A DNA stretch of 35,433 bases from Clostridia bacterium (GTDB taxonomy: Bacteria > Bacillota > Clostridia > Christensenellales > RUG350): contig JAZQYG010000093.1 of assembly GCA_045633305.1 (NCBI GenBank), forward strand, positions 1 to 35,433. The letters run 5' to 3'. Shown here in pieces: positions 25,687 to 33,822 of this stretch (the stretch's first letter is position 1; every line of letters begins with the position of its first letter). Under the pieces are notes generated by a model that saw only the letters and a program-made list of their open reading frames with translations, did no database searches and was not told where the DNA came from. The position numbers and the translations under genes were made by a program.

Positions 25687-26817
25687 ATGGAGAAAAAAAA
25701 TAATCGACGAGAAAACCGAGAATCGAACACAAGACAAGTGTTCAACTTGATATTGAGTGAGACAAACGGAATTTCACGTATTGATATATCTAAAAAAACA
25801 GGGCTTTCGGCAAGTGTAATCACGGGTATTGCAGATAAACTCATATCTGATAAATTAATTATCGAAAGCGGTGTTATAGAAAAAAAAGACGCAGGCAGAA
25901 AAGCCGTTCTTTTGAAAACGAATCCTTTTGGAGGATTTTTTGCGAGCCTTATTTTTGAAAAAAAGAAAATAAGACTTGAAGTATACGATTTGGCAAGAAA
26001 ACTGGACGCAAAATACGTAATTTCTGTTGATAGCGAAAAAATTACGGGTGATTTTCTTATTCAAGCAATTGAAGATGCCGTTCAGTACAATTATAAATAC
26101 GGAACCTTTTTTGGAATAATTCTCACTCTTCCTCCTTGGTGGATTGAGACCGAGTGCAAAGAGAGAACGCAAGAAGAATTCGGTTACTATTTCGAAGAAG
26201 GATTCAAAGAAAGACTGCACGCTTTTTATAAAGAAATCAAGATTTATACAGAGCCTTCTACCGCTATGGCCGCTTGCGCAAAACTTGATGAAGTAAAGTC
26301 GCAAACGAACGTAGTGTGCGTTGACTTCGATAAAGAAATTTATGCAAGTTTTATTTTGGGTGGTAGACTTTTTGATAAGCGACACTGCACGGATAAATTT
26401 GCAAACGCAATCATAAATCACGACCTTCTATCAACGGGAAAAGCAAGACTTAAAGACTATCTTTCGGAAGAGTCGATTTGCTCGCGTTTTATAGAAGAGA
26501 TAGGTGAAAAGTTATCCGTTAACGAAATTATTGAACGCTATAAAAGCGGAGAAGAAAAGACGGTGAACTTTATCAACAAAACCATTGAAATCTTTGCCCA
26601 AGGCATAATAGGTTTTGCAGAGATACTCGAGATAGATAGCATCATACTGAAAGGAACTCTAGCAAAAATCGGAAAATCTTTGGCGGATAAAGTAAAACAA
26701 TATTTCGTGGCTCTAGACCCCGCGTTAGAAAAAATTGAAATTTTAATTGAAAAAAACAACGAACTAGCAGGACTAGGCTCGGCGTACTTTGCCTTCAACA
26801 ACGTGTTTTCAAACTAA
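25687..26817 (+). CDS. ROK-family transcriptional regulator (XylR/NagC-like)
   Basis: N-terminal wHTH ISRIDISKKTGLSASVITGIADKL...LI-E...GRKA-LL, followed by a divergent sugar-kinase-like domain ending LAGLGSA. Confidence 0.85.
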   Translation: MEKKNNRRENRESNTRQVFNLILSETNGISRIDISKKTGLSASVITGIADKLISDKLIIESGVIEKKDAGRKAVLLKTNPFGGFFASLIFEKKKIRLEVYDLARKLDAKYVISVDSEKITGDFLIQAIEDAVQYNYKYGTFFGIILTLPPWWIETECKERTQEEFGYYFEEGFKERLHAFYKEIKIYTEPSTAMAACAKLDEVKSQTNVVCVDFDKEIYASFILGGRLFDKRHCTDKFANAIINHDLLSTGKARLKDYLSEESICSRFIEEIGEKLSVNEIIERYKSGEEKTVNFINKTIEIFAQGIIGFAEILEIDSIILKGTLAKIGKSLADKVKQYFVALDPALEKIEILIEKNNELAGLGSAYFAFNNVFSN

Positions 26818-26837
26818 ATAAAATTTTATAAGTGATA

Positions 26838-26878
26838 CAAAAAACCTCTTTTGCCCAGCAAAAGAGGTTTTTGTTTTT
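26838..26878. terminator. Bidirectional intrinsic terminator between the ROK gene and putP
   Basis: AAAAACCTCTTTTGC-cca-GCAAAAGAGGTTTTT between convergent genes. Confidence 0.9.
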
Positions 26879-26895
26879 ATCAAAATAGTGGCGCG

Positions 26896-28428
26896 TTACG
26901 CCTCTAAGCCTTCTCCTCTTTTAACTGCGTCGAAGTCTGAAACGATTTCGTTTGAAGGTTTCTCGGTGAGAAGGGACACGACGTAGATAACGATAGACGA
27001 GAGAATAAAGGCAGGGAGCAAGCAATAAACGCTCCATACGCCTCCCAAGGGGTTAAGTAAGATTTTCCATACGAAAACGGTAACTGCGCCCGTGACCATA
27101 CCGGAGATTGCGCCAACGTAGGTGGTCTTTTTCCAAAATAGAGAGAAAAGCATAAGAGGTCCAAAGGTCGCGCCGAATCCCGCCCAAGCAAAAGAGGTTA
27201 TTCCAAAGATAGTGCTGTTTGAGTCCCAAGCGATAACCATTGATACAATAGTGATAACTGCCATTGCAATTCTTGACGCCCACATTACTTGTCTGTCGGT
27301 AGCGTCTTTTTTGAAGATGCCGTGATAAATGTTTTCCGCGATTGCAGAGGTAGATATAAGTAAGTAAGAGTCCGAAGATGAAATGGACGCAGCCAAAATG
27401 CCCGCGCATGCAAATCCCGCAAGGATAGGAGGCAAGAATTTGGTTGCAAGGTCGATAAATATCGTTTCTGATTCCGCGTTTGAAGAGTAGGAAATATCTG
27501 CAAAACTACGACCTACGATACCGATAAATACGGCAACCGACATTGCGATAAAGAGCCAAATGCAAGCAACGGTACGAGAACGTTTTAATTCTTTTTCTGA
27601 GCGTATTCCCATAAAACGAAGAAGAACTTGGGGCATACCGAAATATCCAAGTCCCCAGGCAAGAGCGGATACGATACTGATTATAGAAAAGCCCGTTGCG
27701 CTTCCAAATACGTTTCCGCCTTGAGGAGTAGCCGTTTCAAATAAAGAGAAGAATCCGTCTATGCTTTGAGCGTTTTTGATAACTTCGCCGATTCCGCTTG
27801 CGCTAACTACGGCGATAACCAAAATTACGGAAAGAGCAACAATCATAACGATTGCTTGCATAAAGTCGGATGCGCTTTCTGCTAAAAATCCGCCGAGGAA
27901 GGTGTAAGCAAGTACGAAGAGCGCCGCAACTATCATCATAACGTGGTAGTCGAATCCAAAAAGATTTACGAAAAGTTTTCCACAAGAAGCAAGACATTGA
28001 CCTGCGTAAACGGTGAAGAATAAAGTTATAAACAACGAAGAAATAGTGAGAATAATCTTTTTCTTCTCGCGGAATCTTTTAGAGAAAAATCCGGGGAGAG
28101 TGATAGCGTCCACTTTTACGCTATATCTACGCAAACGACGTGAAACGATAAGCCAGTTAAAGTACGTTCCGATAAATAGGCCTATTGCCGTCCAACCCGC
28201 GTCTGCAAGACCAGTCCAGTAAGCAAGACCGGGAAGTCCCATCAAAAGCCAACCGGACATATCCGACGCTTCTGCCGAAAAAGCCGAAACCCAAGGACCT
28301 AGCGACCTTCCGCCCAAAAAATAGTCCGCCGTGCTTTTGTTTGCTCTTTTTGAAAAGTACAAACCGATAGCAATAATTGCGCCCATATAAATAATCATGG
28401 CAAATAAATGTTGTAATTCTGCGCTCAT
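26896..28428 (-). CDS. putP: Sodium/proline symporter (SSS family)
   Basis: [67 protein letters not shown]. Confidence 0.92.
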   Translation of the reverse strand: [510 protein letters not shown]

Positions 28429-28529
28429 TTTACCTTTCCTTCTAGACTTTGCTATTTAAGTCAAAGTCTAATATTGTTGTAACTATATAGATAAATTGAA
28501 TATCTATTTAAAAATACAAGTTTCGTATA

Positions 28530-28558
28530 TATTAACACAAAAAGACTTTTTTTACAAC
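28530..28558 (-). promoter_or_regulatory. Probable putP promoter
   Basis: On the minus strand TTGTAA-17 bp-TAATAT with an extended -10 TG; coordinates approximate. Confidence 0.5.
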
Positions 28559-28634
28559 TCATATAAGAAACAATTTCATATATTACTTATAAATTCACAA
28601 TTTTAACAGAATTAAAAGTTGTTTACTAAAAGAT

Positions 28635-28663
28635 TTGACTTTTTATAAAAGAAGTAGTATTAT
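28635..28663 (+). promoter_or_regulatory. Sigma-A promoter of purA
   Basis: TTGACT-17 bp-TATTAT. Confidence 0.75.
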
Positions 28664-28678
28664 ATCTTAGGTAAGGAA

Positions 28679-28755
28679 AAAAGTGTTCAAAAAGACCCAA
28701 ACGGGACTTGTTTGAGCATTTTTCGTTTTTATCCGATTATAAGGGACTTTTGTCC
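28679..28755 (+). promoter_or_regulatory. Structured 5' leader of purA (candidate cis-regulatory RNA)
   Basis: Hairpin AAAAGTGTTCAAA-AAG-A-CCC-aaac-GGG-A-CTT-G-TTTGAGCATTTTT, then a T-run and a second GGGACTT copy. Confidence 0.55.
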
Positions 28756-28770
28756 AAAAGAGAGGTATTT

Positions 28771-30045
28771 ATGTTAACTGCTATCGTCGGTATTAACTGG
28801 GGTGACGAAGGCAAAGGAAGAATGGTTGACCTTTTGTCAAGCGATTACGACCTCGTAGTTCGTTATCAAGGTGGTAACAACGCAGGTCACACCGTTATCA
28901 ACGGAGATTTGAAAGTTATTTTGAATCTTCTTCCTTCTGGTATTCTTCGCTCGAACACCGTTAACGTTATGGGTAACGGTATGGTTGTTGATATCGAGCA
29001 TCTTTGTGGAGAAATCGCAAGACTTCGTGAAAAAGGAGTATCCGTTACTCCCGCTAACTTAAAGATTAGCACCAAAGCAATTATTTGTTTGCCCTATCAC
29101 AAACTTCTCGACAACCTCGAAGAAGACAGACTTGGCGCAAACGCATACGGCTCGACCAAACGTGGTATCGCGCCCGTTTACGCAGATAAATATATGAAAA
29201 AAGGTATCCGTATGGAGGACCTTCTCGAAGAAGATACTCTCAAAAATAAAGTTGAAAGAATCGTTGAGTGGAAGAACCTCACCGTTGAAGGCGGATACAA
29301 GAGCAAAGCGGTAGACCCAAGCGAAATTTACGCTTGGCTCAAAAAATTCGGAGATGAAATCAAGCCTTATATTTGCGACACTGGCAAGGTACTCAGTGAG
29401 GCTGCAAAAGAGGGCAAACGCATTATGTTCGAGGCTCAACTCGGCGCTCTTCGTGATATAGATTTTGGTATTTATCCGTTCACTTCTTCTTCCTCAACTA
29501 TCGCAGCATACGCTCCTATAGGCGCGGGAATCCCCGGGGAAAAACTTGATGAAGTTATCGGAATTATGAAGGCGTACAGCAGTTGCGTTGGAGCAGGAAC
29601 GTTTACTTGTGAATTTGAAGGAGAGGAGGCTGTTGCTCTTCGTGAGGCAGGCGGAGAATACGGCGCTGCAACGGGTAGACCCAGAAGAGTTGGCGGATTC
29701 GACGTAGTTGCATCTAAATACGGCGCAAAAATGCAAGGCGCAGACTATATCGCTTTGACTAAACTCGACGTTCTCTCTTACCTTGACCAAATTCCCGTTT
29801 GCGTAGCCTACGAGGTTGACGGAGAAAGAGTAGACGAATTCCCAAGTGGTGATAGACTTTTGAGGGCTAAACCTATCTACGAATACAGAAAAGGTTGGAA
29901 GTGTGACGTAACTGGTTGCAGAAAACCCGAAGATTTACCCAAAGAGGCTCTTGATTACGTAAAATATCTTGAACAGGCAACCGGCACTCGTATCAAATAC
30001 GTATCGGTAGGCGCAGATAGAGACCAGTACGTTGTAATGTATTAA
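28771..30045 (+). CDS. purA: Adenylosuccinate synthetase
   Basis: NWGDEGKG, RYQGGNNAGHT, GSTKRGIAPVYADK, DIDFGIYPFTSSS, EYGAATGRPRRVG, TKLDVL. ATG 28771 follows an AGAGG SD. Confidence 0.97.
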   Translation: MLTAIVGINWGDEGKGRMVDLLSSDYDLVVRYQGGNNAGHTVINGDLKVILNLLPSGILRSNTVNVMGNGMVVDIEHLCGEIARLREKGVSVTPANLKISTKAIICLPYHKLLDNLEEDRLGANAYGSTKRGIAPVYADKYMKKGIRMEDLLEEDTLKNKVERIVEWKNLTVEGGYKSKAVDPSEIYAWLKKFGDEIKPYICDTGKVLSEAAKEGKRIMFEAQLGALRDIDFGIYPFTSSSSTIAAYAPIGAGIPGEKLDEVIGIMKAYSSCVGAGTFTCEFEGEEAVALREAGGEYGAATGRPRRVGGFDVVASKYGAKMQGADYIALTKLDVLSYLDQIPVCVAYEVDGERVDEFPSGDRLLRAKPIYEYRKGWKCDVTGCRKPEDLPKEALDYVKYLEQATGTRIKYVSVGADRDQYVVMY

Positions 30046-30115
30046 TCAATAAATCTAGCGTACCAAATTTGTATAAACCCGAAATTTTTTACCTATAATT
30101 TGATAGAGGTAAAAA

Positions 30116-31264
30116 ATGACGGCAAAAATTAACTTATTCCGCCCGTCGGCGTTTGCCGAGAGGGCGGAACTTTTTTATTCAGATATAATAGGTAGAACCA
30201 AAAGCGTAGTTTTTTCTACGCAAGAGCAAAACCCTTCTTTCGTGGACGATTCTCTATTTATTCCTATTGAACTAACGCCAAGTAAAAGTTTTAATGGCCA
30301 AAAAGTGCATATAGCAAAAAGCGCCTTGCTGGGAGGGGAAGAATTTATGGATTTTAGGAGTAAACTCTCCCAAAAAGCGCAAGAGGTCAAAGAGGGAGGG
30401 CTCACCTTCTTTGCAAAAATTGAAATCAATCTTCTCCTTTTGGATAAAAACGGACGTAAAGTTCTCTGTCAAGAAGATTTTTCTCCGATATTATCAAACG
30501 AAGTAACGAAATTTATAGACGTCATATTTGACGAGTGCAAAAAGTGTAACTTGACTCTGCTTTCGGCAAGGGCAAAAGAGGTGGGTTACGTTACTTTTTC
30601 GAGCGAAGGAGAGGCTCTTACTCTTGCTGATTTTATTTTGCTCTTTAAGGTGATAGCAAAAAGGGTTGCTCAAAAATTCGGCTACCTTTGCACGTTTATG
30701 CCAAAGCCTTTTTTGGAGGAAAAAGGGGAGGGGCTTGGAATTGAACTTGAAATAAAAGGAGAGAGGAGAGAAAGTTTTTTGGAAGGGGTGATTTTGCACT
30801 CGGGAGAACTACTTTCCCTTTGCTCGGCGAACGTGAATTCTTTTGCAAGATTTTTACCTGCAGAAAAGTACAGATATATTTGCTACGGCAAAGAAAACGC
30901 TTTGTTTTGCGAAGTGCCAAAAAGAGATTGTCTGTGCGTAAAATTTGATTTTTGTGACCTTTTACAAAACCCCTATATTATATTTTGCGCGATACTTGAG
31001 GCGGGACTTTTGGGAATAGAAAACGGGCTTAGTTTGAGAGAAGTAATTTTTGAGGTTACGCCAAGCGTAAAAAAAGAACTGGATAGACTCCCCTCATCTC
31101 TTTTAGAAGGACTGGAACTTGGTGAGGCGAGCGGTTTTTTGAGGCGAGTTTTGGGCGAGAGCGCATCGAGAATATATTACGAATTAAAAAAGAAAGAGGC
31201 AGAGTCCATCAAAGAAAACGCAGGAGAAGAAGAACACAGAAAGAGGTATTTTGATTTTTTTTAA
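30116..31264 (+). CDS. Degenerate glutamine synthetase (type I) homologue, probably non-catalytic
   Basis: Scaffold motifs SDIIGRTKSV, ALTLAD...FK, TFMPKPF, VNSFARF, NPY...AILEAGL-GIE and LPSSL are retained; the metal and substrate ligands appear absent. Confidence 0.75.
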   Translation: MTAKINLFRPSAFAERAELFYSDIIGRTKSVVFSTQEQNPSFVDDSLFIPIELTPSKSFNGQKVHIAKSALLGGEEFMDFRSKLSQKAQEVKEGGLTFFAKIEINLLLLDKNGRKVLCQEDFSPILSNEVTKFIDVIFDECKKCNLTLLSARAKEVGYVTFSSEGEALTLADFILLFKVIAKRVAQKFGYLCTFMPKPFLEEKGEGLGIELEIKGERRESFLEGVILHSGELLSLCSANVNSFARFLPAEKYRYICYGKENALFCEVPKRDCLCVKFDFCDLLQNPYIIFCAILEAGLLGIENGLSLREVIFEVTPSVKKELDRLPSSLLEGLELGEASGFLRRVLGESASRIYYELKKKEAESIKENAGEEEHRKRYFDFF

Positions 31265-31283
31265 AAGGCTTATAAGCCTTTTA
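31262..31283. terminator. Terminator-like palindrome after the GS-like gene
   Basis: Perfect 22-bp palindrome TAAAAGGCTTA-TAAGCCTTTTA followed by TTT. Confidence 0.65.
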
Positions 31284-31314
31284 TTTGTATAACGCGATTT
31301 TCTTTTCAATAAAA

Positions 31315-31343
31315 TTGACTAGTGTGTTGCTTTGAGTTATAAT
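31315..31343 (+). promoter_or_regulatory. Sigma-A promoter of nadE
   Basis: TTGACT-17 bp-TATAAT; short leader with a GAGGTG SD. Confidence 0.8.
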
Positions 31344-31359
31344 AAGGGCGAGGTGAATT

Positions 31360-32091
31360 ATGCGAAACTATCAAGAAGAATTTAATAAGCGCGTGGAATT
31401 TATCAAAAACGTGGTAAAGTCCGCAAACGCAAAAGGTATAATTTTTGGCAATAGCGGTGGTAAAGACTGCGCTTTAGTCGGCGCTTTATGTAAGGCGGCG
31501 GAAGAGAATACGATAGGCGTTATGATGCCTTGTATGAGCAGAAGAAATTTCGAAGAAGATATGCGCGACGGCAAAGAAGTTGCAGACTTTTTTGGAATAG
31601 AAACGAGAGTCGTGGATATTTCCCCCGTTAGAGAAAGTTTAGTAAAACAGTTAGACGGGGTGACCGAATTTACCCCTCTTGCTCTTGCAAATATCAATCC
31701 AAGAATAAGGATGACCACGTTGTACGCTATCGGCGCAAGCGAAAATCTTCTTGTTGCAGGTACGGGTAACCGTAGCGAAACCTACCTTGGTTATTTCACT
31801 AAGCACGGGGACGGTGGTTGCGATTTCAATCCTATATCCGACCTCACGGTAAAAGAAGTATACGAGTTTTTGGAGTTTTTGAACGCTCCTATTGCAGTTA
31901 GGACGAAAGCCCCCTCCGCAGCCCTATTCGACGGTCAAACGGACGAGGAGGAAATGGGAATAAGTTACTCCGCGGTAGACACCTATCTTCTCACGGGCGA
32001 GGCAAACGAAAAAGACAAAACTAAAATAGAGTCAATGCACGCGCGTAGCGAACATAAACGTCGTATGCCCGTAAAATATAAGGAAATTTAG
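31360..32091 (+). CDS. nadE: NH3-dependent NAD+ synthetase
   Basis: SGGKD, NINPRIRM, GTGNRSE--LGYFTKHGDG, KAPSA-LFDGQTDE, SEHKR; no glutaminase domain. Confidence 0.95.
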   Translation: MRNYQEEFNKRVEFIKNVVKSANAKGIIFGNSGGKDCALVGALCKAAEENTIGVMMPCMSRRNFEEDMRDGKEVADFFGIETRVVDISPVRESLVKQLDGVTEFTPLALANINPRIRMTTLYAIGASENLLVAGTGNRSETYLGYFTKHGDGGCDFNPISDLTVKEVYEFLEFLNAPIAVRTKAPSAALFDGQTDEEEMGISYSAVDTYLLTGEANEKDKTKIESMHARSEHKRRMPVKYKEI

Positions 32092-32107
32092 ACACCTGTC
32101 AAAATAA

Positions 32108-32136
32108 TTGCCTTTTAGGTACACTTGTGATATAAT
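32108..32136 (+). promoter_or_regulatory. Sigma-A promoter of the ecf-truA operon
   Basis: TTGCCT-17 bp-TATAAT with an extended -10 TG; the ATG lies only 7 nt downstream of the -10. Confidence 0.75.
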
Positions 32137-32143
32137 TCTTGCT

Positions 32144-32977
32144 ATGGAAAACGTCGTTACGGTAGAATCTGCCAGTTACAGTTATCAAAAAAATGGAGAG
32201 AAAAACTTTGCTCTTAGTAATCTCGACCTCACGATTCGTGAGGGCGAGTTTTTGTGTATCGTCGGAAGAAACGGTAGTGGCAAAAGTACTCTCAGCAAAC
32301 TTTTGAACGGACTACTCGTACCCGACGAAGGAAAGGTAACCGTTTTTGGTTACGATACCAAGGACGAAAAAGCAATTTACGAAATAAGAAAAAGAGTAGG
32401 ATTAGTTTTTCAAAACCCCGACAACCAAATGGTTGCAAGCATTATCGAGGACGATATTGCTTTCGGCCCTGAAAATATCGGTCTTTGTAGAGAAGAAATC
32501 GCAAAGCGTATAGACTGGGCGCTCAGTGCTGTTGGTATGAACGATTACCGCAAAAAGGGCACGAATAAACTTTCGGGCGGACAAAAACAAAGAGTTGCAA
32601 TAGCAGGCGTACTTGCCTTGAAACCTCAAGTTCTCGTTCTCGACGAGGCTACGGCTATGCTTGACCCCAAAGGTCGCAAAGAGGTTATGAATACCATAAA
32701 GGCTCTTAACAAAGAAGAAAATATTACCGTTTGTCACATAACTCACTATATGGAAGAGTGTTTGAGCGCGGATAGAATTATCGTTATGAGCGAGGGCAAA
32801 GTGGTTATGCAAGGCACTCCCGCCGAAATTTTTGCAGATAGAAAAAAACTTGAAGAGTACAAACTTTCTCTCCCTCCCGTTATGGCTCTTGCGGATATGT
32901 TAAGAGAGGGTGGACTAAATTTAGGGGAAGTGTTTGACGAAGACGCTCTCGTGGAGGAAATATGTCGGCTATTATAA
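32144..32977 (+). CDS. ecfA1: ECF transporter ATPase A1
   Basis: Walker A GRNGSGKST, VFQNPDNQ, LSGGQKQRVAIAG, LDEATAMLDP, ITHYMEE; start set at ATG 32144. Confidence 0.95.
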   Translation: MENVVTVESASYSYQKNGEKNFALSNLDLTIREGEFLCIVGRNGSGKSTLSKLLNGLLVPDEGKVTVFGYDTKDEKAIYEIRKRVGLVFQNPDNQMVASIIEDDIAFGPENIGLCREEIAKRIDWALSAVGMNDYRKKGTNKLSGGQKQRVAIAGVLALKPQVLVLDEATAMLDPKGRKEVMNTIKALNKEENITVCHITHYMEECLSADRIIVMSEGKVVMQGTPAEIFADRKKLEEYKLSLPPVMALADMLREGGLNLGEVFDEDALVEEICRLL

Positions 32978-33822
32978 AAAATCTTTCCTTCACTTATATG
33001 AAAAAAACGCCGTACGAAAGTAAGGCGCTAAACGCAATCGACCTCGAAATAAGAGAGGGCGAATTTCTCGGCATAATCGGTTCAACCGGTAGTGGAAAGA
33101 GTACTCTTATTCAACATATAAACGGTTTGATTCCTCTTCAAGAAGGTAAACTCACCGTTTGCGATATTGATTTATCCGTCAAAAAACCGGACTACAAAGC
33201 AGTTCGCAAAAAAGTCGGCATAGTTTTTCAATATCCCGAGTATCAACTATTTGACGAAACCGTGGAAAAGGACGTTGCTTTCGGTCCGAGAAATATGGGC
33301 TTATCTGAAGGTGAAATCACCGAAAGAGTGCAAGAAAGTTTGCGCCTCGTTGGAATAGACGAGAGTCTTTGGGACAAAAACCCCTTTGAACTTTCGGGCG
33401 GACAAAAAAGAAGGGTCGCAATAGCAGGCGTTATTGCAATGAGACCGGAAATGCTCATTTTAGACGAGCCAACGGCAGGTCTTGACCCGATGGGAAAGAA
33501 GGAAATACTTTCCCTTATTCTCAAACTCAAAGCAGAGTGTTCTCCCACTGTCGTTATGATTAGTCACAATATGGACGAAATCGCCGATATGGCGGATAGA
33601 ATTGCTCTTCTTCATAAGGGAAGACTACTTGCTTGTTGCTCCCCAGAGGAACTATTCACCAGTCCCGAACTTATAAAAACTGCGGGGTTAGAAATACCCG
33701 TAAGCGTTAGTATTGCTCAAAAACTTATTAAAAAGGGTGTAAAACTTGACGGCGTTCCTTGTAGAAAGAGCGTGCTTTCCAAGTTGATTTTGTCGCTTTG
33801 GAGGGAAAAAGATGCTCAGTAA
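32962..33822 (+). CDS. ecfA2: ECF transporter ATPase A2
   Basis: TPYE..AL, GSTGSGKSTLIQH, VFQYPEYQLFDETV, PFELSGGQKRRVAIAG, LDEPTAGLDP. Confidence 0.95.
   Translation: MSAIIKNLSFTYMKKTPYESKALNAIDLEIREGEFLGIIGSTGSGKSTLIQHINGLIPLQEGKLTVCDIDLSVKKPDYKAVRKKVGIVFQYPEYQLFDETVEKDVAFGPRNMGLSEGEITERVQESLRLVGIDESLWDKNPFELSGGQKRRVAIAGVIAMRPEMLILDEPTAGLDPMGKKEILSLILKLKAECSPTVVMISHNMDEIADMADRIALLHKGRLLACCSPEELFTSPELIKTAGLEIPVSVSIAQKLIKKGVKLDGVPCRKSVLSKLILSLWREKDAQ

Noticed and set aside
25611-26801. Minus-strand ORFs of 77, 188 and 87 aa
   Set aside because: Antisense to the ROK regulator and without supporting signals.
4751-26880. Genomic island integrated at tRNA-Ala
   Set aside because: No integrase or transposase, and I found no duplicated tRNA 3' end (att site). 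The locus composition resembles the downstream housekeeping genes.
28708-28770. N-terminal extension of purA from TTG 28708
   Set aside because: It falls inside the leader hairpin; ATG 28771 has an SD and matches the family N-terminus.
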